DNA of 64,000 nt from Lama guanicoe (GCA_013239625.1 MU053379.1:1294974-1358973), one strand, 5' to 3'. Positions 12,873-26,282 are shown, counted from the first letter of the stretch. The notes: a model not told the origin generated them from the sequence alone. Program-made: numbers and translations.

Positions 12873-13045
12873 TTTTTTTCCTTTAAAAAATTTTTTTAAA
12901 TATATTATTTATTTATTAATACATTACTTAATTATTTTTTATTTTGGCAGGAGGAGGAGGTAATTAGGTTTATTTATTTTTAGAGGAGGTACCGGGGATT
13001 GAACCCAGGACATCGTGCATGCTAAGCATGCGCTCTACTCTACTT
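12873..13045 (-). mobile_element. Camelid SINE, 5'-truncated, with 13-bp TSD
   Basis: TSD TATGTCATGATTT at 12860-12872 and 13046-13058; B box present, A box lost. Confidence 0.9.
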
Positions 13046-13203
13046 TATGTCATGATTTAAAACAACTGATCAAAGATTTTTAAAAACTTAGTTCCTGCTG
13101 GATGGTTTGGAGATGCTGCTTAGACATGTCACTACTAGTTAACTCTCACTGTCTTACCCACAAAAAAAACTAAGGCTGCTTTACTCTTCAATGCAGAATG
13201 TTT

Positions 13204-13370
13204 GGGGCGGAGGGTACAGCTCAAGTGGTAGAGTGCGTGCTTGACATGCACGAGGTCCTGGTTCAATCCCCAGTACCTCCTCCAAAAGTAAAGTAAATGA
13301 ATAAACCTAATTACTTCCCCCACCATAAAAAAATAAAATAAAAATAAAATCCAATTTAAATAAAAAGAAA
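13204..13370 (+). mobile_element. Camelid SINE, full length, sense in POLR3F intron 5
   Basis: A box CAGCTCAAGTGG, B box GGTTCAATCC, AATAAA-rich tail, T6 at 13374-13379. Confidence 0.9.
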
Positions 13371-14289
13371 TTCTTTTTTAAAAAGTGGCTTTGTATGGCA
13401 CACTGTTAGATGTTGCTCATATTTATGAAGGGAAAAAAAAAAACCCAGGTTGTTTGGAATCACTAATATTTTTCCTGGATTTTGGGCTATGTAAGATAAT
13501 TTACTTCAACCAGGTATTTTAGATACTCATTCAACAAATACCTGTTGTGCATTTGTTATGTGCCAGGCACTGTTCCGGGTGCTTGGAACACATTAGTGAA
13601 CAAGTCAGAGGAAGGCCTCCGCCTGGGGGAGCGTCTGTGCCAGTGCACGGTGTTCCTCCTCCTCCTCCTCCTGCCCCTCCCCGGCCGCATCCTGCAGGGC
13701 TCCAGAGCGGCTCCATCAGGGACACTGCCGCTGGCTTCACTGATTCAGGCATCAGAGGAGCTGTGATTCCCCTAGACTAACGTGTGCTTGAGCACAGAAT
13801 TCACGTGTGAGAATTTTATATTCATGGTGATTTTACTTACCAGTGATATGTATGCCGTATCACTACCACTCCGTCATTTAGGATATTATTTCTCTTCCAT
13901 ATTTTATAAAGATAATTTCAAATACAAAAGACAGAGAAAAGAACGAGTCCCCACATACCTGTGCCTGGCCTCGCTGTGATAGTCGTGCTTCTGCGTCTTA
14001 ATTTTTGTAAGAGCTTTACTGAGATTTAATTCAGTGGGTTTCCGTTTATTCACAGAGCTGTGCAGCCATCACACTTTTCTAATTTTAGAGCATTCTCATC
14101 ACCCAGAATGTGACTACCAGCAGTCACCCAGCCTCCCAGCCCCAGGCCCTGACAAGCACTGNNNNNNNNNNNNNNNNNNNNNNNNNNNNNNNNNNNNNNN
14201 NNNNNNNNNNNNNNNNNNNNNNNNNNNNNNNNNNNNNNNNNNNNNNNNNNNNNNNNNNNNNNNNNNNNNNNNNNNNNNNNNNNNNNNNN

Positions 14290-15040
14290 AGTATTAGATT
14301 GTAACCCAAAGTATAAAATAAATGTTCATGAGTCCACACTGATGTAGATAAATGCTTGAATAAATAAGTAGACATGGGAGAACAGACAAACCTCCCATGC
14401 AGAACAACTCCAGATAATTTATGTACGTATTCCATCCTCAAGGAGGCTGAGCAAAACTCCCAGCCCTTAAGTGTGGGCTGCTCGTGGTGGCTTCTTTCCA
14501 CATGTGGAAAGGGCAGGAAGAAAAGCAACTTTGCAATGAATAAAAGTGAGAAACACTACCTCAAACCAGGTGATCAAGGGTAATGATGACAGTCATCACC
14601 TGGTGATGATCAGGTTCCTCGAGATGAAGTGATGAGAAGGGCATTTATGTCTTTCTTCCAGTCCAATCAGACAAATCCCAATTAAGGGACAGCCTGCAGA
14701 ATACCTCACCATTAATTCTCAAAATTGGCAAGTTCATTGATATCAAGGAAAATCTGAGAAACTGTCAGAAGCAAAATTTGCCTCCAGAGACAAGACAAGT
14801 AAGTGTAATACAGTATTCCGGATAGAATCCTGGACCATAAAAAGGACATTAGGGGAAAACTAAGGAAATCTAAATAAAATATAGACTGTAGTCAATAATG
14901 ACATCAATATGGCTCATTAACTGTAGCAAATGTACTCTCTGAACGTAAGACATTAATAACGGGGGAGCCGAGCACAAGGGAACGTGCACGCGGTACTGTC
15001 TTCCCAGTAATTCTGTAAATCTAAAACTGCTCTGAGATGT
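14290..15040 (+). mobile_element. Old LINE-1 (L1MC/L1MD-like) 3' region
   Basis: tgtaacccaaagtataaaataaatgttcatgagtccacactgat...ctgtaaatctaaaactgc. Confidence 0.7.
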
Positions 15041-15088
15041 GATGTTTGGGTTTTTTTAAGTCTTTTCTTCTGGGAGATTTAACTGTCT

Positions 15089-15260
15089 NNNNNNNNNNNN
15101 NNNNNNNNNNNNNNNNNNNNNNNNNNNNNNNNNNNNNNNNNNNNNNNNNNNNNNNNNNNNNNNNNNNNNNNNNNNNNNNNNNNNNNNNNNNNNNNNNNNN
15201 NNNNNNNNNNNNNNNNNNNNNNNNNNNNNNNNNNNNNNNNNNNNNNNNNNNNNNNNNNNN
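15089..15260 (+). other. POLR3F: N run (172 nt) inferred to contain POLR3F exon 6 (144 nt, about 48 aa)
   Basis: The ASKKKVYML...CFKFLQSK segment was not found in readable sequence between exons 5 and 7. Exons 5 and 7 are both phase 0. This gap is long enough and sits about 210 nt upstream of exon 7. Confidence 0.7.
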
Positions 15261-15469
15261 ATCACTGAGGAAACAATGCCCCAAATATTTTTTTAAGTTT
15301 CTTCATAAAGATTGATTAATCTCGAGTATCATATTTTATAGGAATTGAAAATGTTGAAATGGGTTATTTTTACCAGACAAAGTATGTTCTGCTGTTGATT
15401 TCACTCTGTATAGGTTGTATTCAGAAAATACCAGTGTTCTTCCTGAAATTTATGTTTCTACCCTTACAG

Positions 15470-15577
15470 GCAGAAACAGCACGAGAAAGCAAACAGAATC
15501 CGATGATACAAAGGAACAGTTCGTTTGCGTCATCACATGAAGTGTGGAAGTTTATCTGTGAACTGGGGATCAGCAAG
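15470..15577 (+). CDS. POLR3F: POLR3F exon 7
   Basis: TTACAG| AETARESKQNPMIQRNSSFASSHEVWKFICELGISK |GTGGGA; 108 nt. Confidence 0.96.
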
Positions 15578-16446
15578 GTGGGAACTCAGAAGTGTCCAAC
15601 CTGCATCTTACGTTTCTAAAACTTACTCTTCATGACAGGGATATAATTTCAGTGTATTCCAAACACATCTGTCCCAGACCCTTTTTCAGGTGATATCTGT
15701 GTACCTCCTTGAAGAAACCACTTCAAGAAAGTACTGTCCGAAGGCAGTTAGGCAAAGGCTGTCATTGCTGTTTGCACTTTCTGAACTGGACGTACTTGAG
15801 CCCAGGCCACAGAGCAGCCGAGGGGAGGCCTGGCAGTGCACTGCACAACCAAGGCTCAAGTCTGTTCTGATAAGTTCTTGACTCTCTTGGGGACATTTCA
15901 ACTTATGTGCCAAACATCAGTCACCATATCAGTTGTCAATTATGGCTACTCTCCTCCTTACGAGATGTAAGTGGCGTGTCAGCACATTCTTTTGCAGATG
16001 TGTGCAGACACTGAGCTGGGTGCTTTTCACCATCAGATAAGAACTGAAGTAGCCGTGGGGACACATCATCTTCATTTCCTGGCCTCCAGATCTCTTTTAT
16101 GAAAAACCAGGAATTTGGACTATCTGATGTCTAAAGTACCTTTCTGCCTAAGCATTTTATAAATCTCCATCCAATTCTTGCCAAAGAAATGTTACTCAAC
16201 AACCATCTAGATTTTACTTAGGGGGGATCAGCAGGTGTCCAGCTCGGCTTGAGCTCCGAGTCCTTCGCTGCATCTCAGTGGTCTGTGCGAACTTGGGCCG
16301 CCGTTCAGCCACTTTGCTTTCAGTTGCTCTCTAGCATAATGCTTCCCATTTCACCAAGGAACTGTGACCTTTCACTGTTCTTAACACCCTCCGAAAGGAT
16401 GTCTCCTTGCCCTTTTTGTGCCCTTTCTAACATAATCCGTTTTTAG

Positions 16447-16638
16447 GTAGAGTTGTCCATGGAGGACATTGAAACCATCTTGAATACACTCATTTATGAT
16501 GGGAAAGTGGAGATGACTATCATCGCTGCAAAGGAAGGCACCGTCGGCAGCGTGGATGGACACATGAAACTGTACAGGGCAGTCAACCCAGTCATCCCGC
16601 CCACGGGGTTGGTCCGGGCCCCCTGCGGACTTTGCCCT
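16447..16638 (+). CDS. POLR3F: POLR3F exon 8
   Basis: TTTTAG| VELSMEDIETILNTLIYDGKVEM...RAPCGLCP |GTGAGT; 192 nt. Confidence 0.97.
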
Positions 16639-17696
16639 GTGAGTTAAAGTGGCTTCACTTTACACTTTCCTACCACCAAGGGAAGATGCCACGTGATGTA
16701 CCAGCAAGCACACCCTGGTTGGCTCAAACTCAGGGTTGACCAAGAGCTGCTCCAAGCCCCATGTCACCTTGATGGCAGACCTTTAAAGAACAAATCATCA
16801 CCTTGCACTCTTAGAATAACCAGGTTAAGGAAATTTGTTTTCTGCTCTTGGCCCCGAAATGGACAATTTTTGATGAGGGCTAATCATTTAACCTGAGTAG
16901 GGAGGGAAAGGAGATTTGTTGAGAACCTACAATGGGCCAGACATGTTATTGAAGATTTATGCGTCTCATTTAATCCTCCTCATGTTCTTTGGAGCTAGTG
17001 GTGTAATTTCCTGTTAAGCCTGCGGGAACTTAGCCCATGGAAGACCTCAGAGCATAGCCTAGCCATAGGACCAGGACTCCCACCCTCACACCCAGATGAT
17101 GCTCTTTCCCCCGGGCTGTGCCTCGGCACCTCCCCTCAATCACCCCAGGTAGTTTACGCGGCTGCCTGGGCGCTGCGGGCGCTGCCCCAACCCTCGTGGT
17201 GTTTATATTCTCCGGCCGCAGGTCTGCGTTTTATTGTCTGCACGCACGAGCTCTATGCCCTGGTTTCAGCTCCTAGGAAAAAGGTTAACCTGTTGGGAAT
17301 TCTGTTCAGCATCCTTCACAAAAAGGAGGTAGCTAAACATGAAATGTTTACTAGTCTAGATTGAGTCATTGGTGTGTATAGATGTCCCTTCCTGTCCCCG
17401 TTACCTGCTGGTGGCCTTTTGCCCAAGAGGCAGGTGAACGTGGTCATCTTAATGCTGCAGTAGGAGGTCCCTCACTAACTGTGTGATCCCAGCGCAGGTC
17501 TCATCACAGTACGTTCTCATATACAGTCCTAACCTCTTTTGGTTAAAAAGCTTTGTTTTTAATGTTGCTTATAAATAAACAGTTGGGTCTTGGATATTTC
17601 GTTAGGAATTTTAGTTGTAGCTGATATTTAAGACATTACCTATGATTAATAATTTTAAAACTCCAATTTGAATATAAACTTCTTTCCTTTTTAAAG

Positions 17697-17774
17697 GTTT
17701 TTGACGACTGCCATGAAGGGGGTGAGATTTCACCATCTAACTGTGTCTACATGACAGAGTGGCTCGAATTTTAA
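17697..17774 (+). CDS. POLR3F: POLR3F exon 9 (last coding exon)
   Basis: TTAAAG| VFDDCHEGGEISPSNCVYMTEWLEF* (TAA 17772-17774). The C-terminal 4Fe-4S cysteines (CGLC..C..C) are intact. With a 144-nt exon 6 the CDS totals 951 nt = 316 aa. Confidence 0.97.
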   Translation, partial: VFDDCHEGGEISPSNCVYMTEWLEF

Positions 17775-18542
17775 CAGAGAGCTACAAACTTTAGTGACAT
17801 TTTGCAAATGAAGTTCCTTTGGGAGCACGTAATTTAACTCATGTTGGGACATCAAATTGCCTTGAAAGCAAACTTCAAGATACAGACTTGCTGCCATGAA
17901 AAAATATTTTGTTATCTATGAAGACTAAATTTGTATTGGTAGAGTAGAGAACAGAACATGAAGCAGGTAAGGTTAGTAGTGAAATCCATTCTTCAGTGAG
18001 TAACATACTTTGTAACGTCTGGAAGACCACCTTCGGAAGCTGTCAAGACTTCTGATGATTCGCAGGAAAAGCAGCCAGCAAGTCCACGCTCGCCAAGTAC
18101 CGCGCTAACGGCTAGAGCTTTAAATACCCGTTTCAAAGTTATTTATTCTTTATAAATAAGAATAATGGCTCACTCTCACCATTTCTGTTTTCTACGTTCT
18201 CAGTGGTTTCATTGAGAAGAAATTTAAAATTTAAAATAGTGAGAGCAGGAGTAGCGGGGGAGCACGCACGCCTGGAGCCTGAGTGGGAGAGAGAGTGTAG
18301 ACCCCTTTTCCACACACCGGATTCTTTTTTGTCAGAAATAATCCTTTAGAAGATTATGCCTCTGTACTTAACCTCACACCCAAATGACGACCGTTGTCAA
18401 GGATATGTTTTCGGTGCATAAATATTAATCTTTCTCATCCTAAAGGGAATACTTTGACTTGTCCTTCTTTGTTCGTCTTACAGGTTTCACTCTGTAACTC
18501 AACTGTATTATTTGCTAGAATTTCCCCCCAGATTCTTATTTA

Positions 18543-18554
18543 ATTAAAATTAAA
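18543..18554 (+). terminator. Candidate POLR3F polyadenylation signal (tandem ATTAAA)
   Basis: ATTAAA ATTAAA about 770 nt after the stop, followed by a U/GU-rich stretch. Confidence 0.35.
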
Positions 18555-18650
18555 ACTAAAAATAATCCATTGCTCTCCACTCACTCTATTTGGGGGGAAA
18601 TTCTTCTTTTCTTATCCTGTTTTAGATTCGTTTCCTTTCCTTATTGTGTT

Positions 18651-18789
18651 CTGTTTGGGGGGCATGAGGCGGGGACTAGGGTATGTATGTATGTATGTGT
18701 GTATATATTTAAATGGAGATGCTGGGGATTGAACCTGGGACCTCGTGCATGCTGAGCGTGCACCCTACCACTGAGCTATACCCTCCCTG
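18651..18789 (-). mobile_element. Camelid SINE
   Basis: SINE head on minus strand; imperfect TSD ccttattgtgtt / ccttattctgtt. Confidence 0.88.
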
Positions 18790-19974
18790 CCTTATTCTGT
18801 TACAAAAATCATGGTGTAATAGGTCTAAACTAAGCAGAAAGCCATTATAATTGTCCTCATTTCTAGTAACACTTTCAGTCCGTCTTCAGCTGCATAGAAA
18901 ACAACAGGTTCCCTGATGTATTGTTGCACAGAACATAGCCACAGGGCGTTTTAGGATCTCAGCTGTTGTATTTCCACTTCATAACGCCACTTAAGTTTCT
19001 GTGTCCAGGCCAAAAGCATGGAAGCAAGGGAAAGCAAGGCTTCTCCTGGGGCCTGAGTTCAAACACCAATTTGGAGAACGAGCATAAGGGTTATTTTGAG
19101 ATAAATGGGGTAAGTAAAATAAAATTCAGCCCACAACCAGTTTTTAAAAACCAGATAAACTCTGTGGCCACCTCTACAGAATTAGCATTTGGTGACACTA
19201 GTGCTTTGAAACAAAGACCCTGAATTTCAAGTGCTGGATAAGTGTAAGACACAGAAGAGTGGGAGCGTGAAGCTACGGAGGGCTTCCGGTCCACCCTCCG
19301 TGACAGCCGGGACGAAGAACACCTGTCCTTCCTGGGACCCAGCCTGCCGCAGAGGCGCAGCCTTGTGTAAGGAGAAAACTGAATTTGAAGGAGTTAGAAG
19401 CGGAAAGAAGGAGCTCGTTTATGTTTTAAATACAGACTTTGCATTATGTGTTAATAACCAGAGATTTTTTAAAGCTTACAATCAATGGCTAAAACAAAAG
19501 TATTCCTTGCCTACCAGAATGAAGAGCCCCTTTAAATTTTTTTCCATTAGCTTGTCTTTCATTCTCAGCATTAACTGAAGAAGAAAAGAGACAATAATTT
19601 AAAAATACAACTCCTCTGATGGCAGTTAAATGGATATTTCCCCTACAGGAGAAGATCGTGACCAGAACAAATTGCGGGCTCTAGACTTACACCACCACCA
19701 AAAAATCAGATTCCAAGTGAAATCCTAACCCTTACAGTTTACTTCCATTTAGAGTAAGGTACTTTGCTTTCCTGAAAACAGATACTCCCTGGCATCTATC
19801 AAGGCCCCTCTCTGCTTTATAATGATCTGTAGAGAGTCAAACAGAATCATGAGGGGCCATGATTTGATGGTTTAAATGAACAGTTCATGTGGGATTCTTC
19901 CATGAAACAAAAGTAATTTCACACTGAGTTAATTTTACTTTGATGGTGGGTGAGAGAAGAATAAAACACGTGAC

Positions 19975-20097
19975 CAGTGCTGTTCTATCAGGATGGGAAT
20001 GCTGTGTATCTGCTGCCCAGTAAGGTAGCCACTAGTCACCCCTGGCTGGTGAGCACCTGAAACGCGGCTTCTGTGAATGAAGAACAGAATGTTTTAT
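19975..20097. mobile_element. MER3-like hAT DNA transposon fragment
   Basis: cagtgctgttctatc...gtagccactagtcacc...gagcacctgaaacgcggct. Confidence 0.65.
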
Positions 20098-21719
20098 AGC
20101 TCCCTGTGGTTACTGCCTACCAAACTAGGCGGCACAACTCAACAATCACACAGCTCTGTACTCAAGTTATTTTTAAAGGAATGAAGAGTATCGAAATTAA
20201 TTATTTCTCAATTACATGTATTTATTTTTTTGGAGGAAGAAAACAACAAAGTATTATGAACTGTTATTGGTATAAGTTTGTGATTTTTTTAAGAAGGGAC
20301 TCCAAAAACAAAAAAAAGGCAGAGAATAAGCAGAACAATTACTATTCCCAAATAATTCAAATAAAATCAAACTTTGATTATAGGCGTGGTCAAATCAATG
20401 CTAAAAAACAACCTCTCTAAAAACATTATTCAACTGATTTATCTACTTTATGTTTCACTAACTTGTCAAATAAGTTGTTTATCTTTATTTTTAATGATAA
20501 AAGTAATACACATTGAGTGCAACAAACTCAAATAACCCTCAGGTGTATAACGTGAAAAAGATGTCCACCACACCGTGCCTCCCAAATTCCCGTCCCCTAA
20601 AAGGACTACTGCTAGAAGTTTAGAGAAGCTCTCCTGGCTTTGAGTACATTTAGAAATCAGAAGACTTTTCAGGTTAAAGTGATGACTCTAAATCTTCGTT
20701 AGGTGTGAACAGTTACGGGCATTCACGTCACAGCAAGTGTCAGGTGTGAATTCGCGGGGGATGGTTAGAGACAATACTGGGGATCATAACAGCCCAAAAA
20801 TGTTAGGAAATAAAGAAGGGTTTTTCTGAGGGAGTATGATTAGAGAAAAAATCATGGAATGATGCTGAAAGCTCTAAAAGGCCTTGGAAGTTACAGAGGT
20901 AGAACATTCACAGAACAAAATTTGAGGGATGGAAAGATGAGTTTGAAAAATATTTAAGACTTCGTAGCAAAATCCAAATTGTTCCCATGATTTCATCCTT
21001 TGACACTGTGTCCGTTTCTCGGCTTCACAGAGAACCATTTAAGCTCCTGTCTAAGCAAAGCAGCAGATGTCACAAAAGGATGGCTTGGACTTTGTGTGCC
21101 TTGCGGTGTTTGCAAACTTTGTACTTGCACTGTAGTTGCCAACTAACAGACCCCATATGTTTATGGACTGAACATAATTCATGTACATATGGATTATACA
21201 TATATACATACACTCACAGGCCCTAAATACAAAACCACCATATGAATTTTTTCAGGAAAAATCAGGAAATTGGCAATACGCTGCTGAATTCCCACATGGC
21301 AACAATCCAGACCGCACGGCAGGAGCTCTCCACGTCGCCCTAATCCTCACCAGTCTGGTCTTACACTGACCAGGTCGGCTGTGACCTAGTCTGCACTGGG
21401 AGTCAGGAAACCTGGGTTTCATTTCTGTCTTACTCACTTTGGACAGATAAGGGTGGTTAAGCCGTCCCATGTCCCTTATCAAATGGGAAAAATACTGCTT
21501 TAGGTCATAGCAATTCAAGGTGATGAAGAACTATGGAAAATGAAAATGCTGTTTTTAATTTAGTTTGAACATGGTAACTTGTGTGTTTTTTAGGCTTCTT
21601 TGGAACTCAATTTGACCTGCTTTGTGTGTCCAGCAGTCACCTGAGAACGGCGGTCTGTAACTAGTCTGATCGCTGCCCCGCTCCCACGCCCACGTGCCCG
21701 GCAGCAGGCGCCACGCCGA

Positions 21720-21968
<249 letters not shown>

Positions 21969-22310
21969 TCAGCGCCCCGGCCACTTCCACCCCAGCCGCG
22001 CCGGTGCAGACGCAGCCGAGACACAAAGAACCCGAGCCTCAGAGCAGCTGGAGGCCTTTCTCTAGTTTTCGAATCCGTGGGGCTTGATACCATAGCTCCC
22101 CGTGAAGGGCGAGTACGTGGCTCCAGTAAAGCCAGGCCTCTGGGGTTCAGGTCTAGACTGTGGCTTAGGAAGTGGCCCACCACCGGCAAGCACCTGACAT
22201 ATCTAAAGCTGGGCGGCAAACATTGCTCAGACGCTGTTAGGTTTTTTGAGCCTGCGTCTAGTGACCTGAACCCGCAGCCCCGTGACTCGAGGGGCTCTCC
22301 CGGGGGTTCA

Positions 22311-22457
<147 letters not shown>

Positions 22458-23879
22458 TCACCAGGAAGTCAGCAAGCCTCCCGAGAGCCCACTCGATTAC
22501 GCTCACGGGGCGCGCGCCGTGCGCTGCTGAGGCTGCACCGCGAAAGAGCTCGGAGGCCGGAGAGCGGCAAGCCCGGCAGTCAGCTCGCCTGGGCTACCCG
22601 AGTTTCTTCTCGTTTTTCAAACCTCTAATGTGATCCTTTCTGAATGAACACACAAAGTGTAGTCATTCTTCCACGCGTGCATTAATCTACCTTGAGTGTG
22701 CACTGACACTACTTGGTTGGTTACCGTGCAGATTCCCAGGCTCTGCCCCAGAGCATCTGATCCAGATGACTGGGAGGGAGCGAGGCTCAGGAACCTGCAC
22801 TGTAAGGCCGGACCCCTCCCCCAATCCAGGTGACGGATGCGAGTGGTCTGTGACTGTACCATCCCAGAGTTGTGCCTCTTTTCCGCACACTCCGGGTTGC
22901 ACTGTGTTACTTGTTTGTGTCCTATTGTATCTGTCTCCCCCAAGGGCATCCCTTAAGGGCAGGTCTCAGCCTTCTTGATTTTGGTGACCCTGATGCTAAG
23001 TACAGTGCCTGGCAAGTAGACACTCAGCTAACCACGTGTAGACAGCTCCCTCACTCGGCAGACAGGCTACGGAAGGACAGAGAACGCTAACACTTTCAGG
23101 AGGCCTTCGTGCCAGGCAAGATTTACGGTTGATGTTTTGTTCCTGGACCTAAACTTTTTCCCCCAACCTTTTGTTTTGAAAAATTTCAAATGTACCAAAA
23201 AGAACAACAGGCGCCTAGATTCATTCATTTTTGCTACATTTCACCCCTAAATACTTGAGCACGTATGCCAAGAACACGGCCATTCTCCTATAAAACCACA
23301 CCTGGTTCATGAACACTGAGACAGTGAGATTACCTGTATTTGTTTTTTGCCACCTGTACCAAAAATGTTCTTTAAAACTGCTTTTCAACCCTAGATCCAG
23401 TCAAAGATCATGCATTTGGTTTCAGGACTCTTCCGTCACTTTTAAATTTTGTGTTTAAATGACAATGACTTTTTGAAGAGTTTAAGACCAGTTATCTTGC
23501 ACGTTACCCCCTAAACTGAATTTGTCTGTTTCTTCAGGCTCAGGCTGCAGTTAAACATTTTGGGCAGGACCATTACACAGGCAATGCTGGGTCCTTCCCA
23601 CTCCCTCACATCAGGGCCCATGGAGCTAGGCTGTCACATCACTGGTGAGATTGTCTGATTTCTTAAAGTGATACCCCTCAGATCTCTCCACTGCAAAGGC
23701 ATGATTTCCCCTTTGTGATAAATAAGTAATCTGTGGGGTGGTCCTCTGTGGTTGTGTCAATATCCTGTTGCCCTGTGATAGTACACCCCATGGTTTTGGC
23801 ATCTGGTTTCTCCTTGCCTACCTTAACTTCAGAAGTTAATTTTTAGAAGATGCAATCCTGCAATAAGTTTCAGGGGTCT

Positions 23880-24002
23880 TGTTTGTTTTTTGAGGGGCAG
23901 GTAATTAGGTTTATTTATTTTATTTTAATGGAGGTACCGGGGATTGAACCCAGGACCCCATATATCCAGGCAAGCACTCTACCACTGAGCTATCCCCTCC
24001 CC
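23880..24002 (-). mobile_element. Camelid SINE
   Basis: ggtaattaggtttattt...ggggattgaacccaggacc...ctaccactgagctatcccctcccc. Confidence 0.88.
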
Positions 24003-25207
24003 GCATTCCATGGGTCTTTAAAAGAAGGCACATCGTAAATAGTCAGTGGCTTGAGAAAAATTCATCTGGCCTTGAGTTGGTACAGATTTCCACATAAAAG
24101 GATTTCTTCATTTTCCAGATAACCCTTGGCAGCTTATAAACACTGTGACTGTACCCTAATTCTGTAGGTGCACATTGGAAAGCATCATGCTCATCGCTTT
24201 GACTGGTGTGGCTGAAAGGTTATGGAATTTGGCAAGATTTCTCTGACAAGCAGTTCACGTGACATCCTGAGGGACTGCTTGGGACAACAGGCTAGACAAA
24301 AACTATAATCCTTTGTCATCCAGCCTAGCAAATATGGAAGAAACCCAACCCTAAGAGGCTTATTCAGCCAGCTAAGTCCTTACCCTCTAGGCCTCATAAG
24401 CCTAAAGGGAGAGAGGTGATGTTCCAGTGGAGAGCACCAGGGATGTGCTGTGAATTCTGAGACTGAGGGCTGGGGGTGGGGTAACAGCGTCCACCCTCTA
24501 ACAGATACTTATCAAGCACCCACCATGTGCCAGACACTCTTGTAGGCACCAGGGTTTCAGGGTCAGAGTGAACAAAGTCCCATCTTCAAGGGGCTTGCAT
24601 CCTATTGGCAGGAGACAGATGAGAAATCAACAGGATAGCAGATTGGGAGAAGTGTTATGGATAATAAAGGGCATTATAAGCTATACAGGGGATGAGACTC
24701 AACGGGGTGAGGCTGCTGGTTCACACTGAGTGATTGCAGAAGGCCTCACTGAAAGAGGACATTTGAGGAGAGACAAAAAGGAGAGAGCTGTGCAGGTATC
24801 TAGGGACAGAGAGCCCCAGGGAGAACAGGGCAAGCACAGGCCTAAGGTTGGTGCACGCGCGGCACGTCCGAGGACCTGTGCTGCGCTGTGTAGGCCAGGC
24901 TGGGGGCGGCGGAGGGGGGACAGTAGAGATGACATCAGGGTAAGTAGGGGGCCCTGAAGGCTGAGAACTTCTTCTGAGGGTGACGGGAAGCCGCTGGGGA
25001 TGGGAGGCTCTTCTGTTTCAGAAGGATCACTGTAACCCAGTCTGAGCAAAAGTATTTTTTAATCCATTAACTGAACCTGGAAGGAATTAGGACAGATTAC
25101 GTTACCACTTGTGAGGTCAGCACTGTTTCCTCTGCAGTGGAAACTTAAGATGTGCCCAAATTTCCCAGGCGAGCTCGGCCGGAGCCCACAGAGCAGATGA
25201 CAATTCA

Positions 25208-25333
<126 letters not shown>

Positions 25334-25812
25334 TCAGGGGAAAGAAAGTCTGTCACTTGATAGGGACGGTCTTAGTCTAAGGCTGCCCCGCCTTCCTAAC
25401 AGGACACTCAGCCGGCGCAGGACCACAGGGGGACACGGGGCTGCTTTAACAGAGCCGAAGCTGTGTGTTGCTGTTCAAAAGACTCAAATCTGTAGTTCTG
25501 GTATATAGTTTTTTTATTTTTTTTTAAACTATGCTCTTATAAGAATAAACCAAGGAAATAATAAAGTATTTATCTGAAGCTTTAATGTAAACTTTCCAAC
25601 TTAAAAAAAAGTTTTTTAAAAAAACTCTTAACAATACTATCACTCAAGTTCACGGCCATATATATTCTTTCTTCCCAGAAAAGTAAATTCCTGAGACAAG
25701 TCACAGACATACTTAGAACAAAAGGAGCAGTGTTACATTTTAAAATGAGGATCTCATAGAGATAAGGCAAAGTTTTATCCTATCCTGCTTCAAATGAAAA
25801 ACCCATAAATTT

Positions 25813-25950
25813 GGGGGGGGTAATTAGGTGTTATTTGTTTGTTTGTTTGTTTGTTCACGTATTTATATTTTAATGGCGGTACTAGAGACTGAACCCAGGA
25901 CCTGGTACATGCTAAGCATGTGCTCTACCACTGAGCTGCACCCTCCCCCT
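25813..25950 (-). mobile_element. Camelid SINE
   Basis: SINE head; imperfect TSD acccataaattt / acccatcaattt. Confidence 0.88.
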
Positions 25951-26239
25951 ACCCATCAATTTTGCCTGAAAATATCTGACTTATAGAACGGAAAATCAAG
26001 TTGCTTACAGAGTTGAAAATTAAGTTTTACCAAGCCCAGGTCCTCTTCTTGATCCTTACTAGAACCTTCTGTAATGTGTTTTGGTTTGCACCCTCCTCCC
26101 CCAAATCCGTGCCATCCTTCACTGAGGTACGTGTTCCTTCTGGCTTCTCTACTGGGCTATCCCTGTTCTCTACCTGTAAAACGGCAAAATCAAAACCCGA
26201 CAAGAGGAGGCTTTTCAAAAACACGTTTAAAAAACTTAC

Positions 26240-26282
26240 TTGGGTCAGGCATGTTTTTAGCCAAACACTGGAAACCAGGTAT
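26240..26282 (-). CDS. RBBP9: RBBP9 exon 2
   Basis: TCATAG| IPGFQCLAKNMPDP |GTAAGT; 43 nt. Confidence 0.95.

Noticed and set aside
13204-13280. tRNA-like sequences (here and at the other SINE copies)
   Set aside because: They carry SINE-specific 3' bodies, A-rich tails and TSDs, and lack a clean cloverleaf. They are SINE heads, not tRNA genes.
5830-17774. POLR3F as a pseudogene because one exon is absent
   Set aside because: All visible exons are intact with canonical splice sites and only conservative changes. The absence is explained by the N gap.
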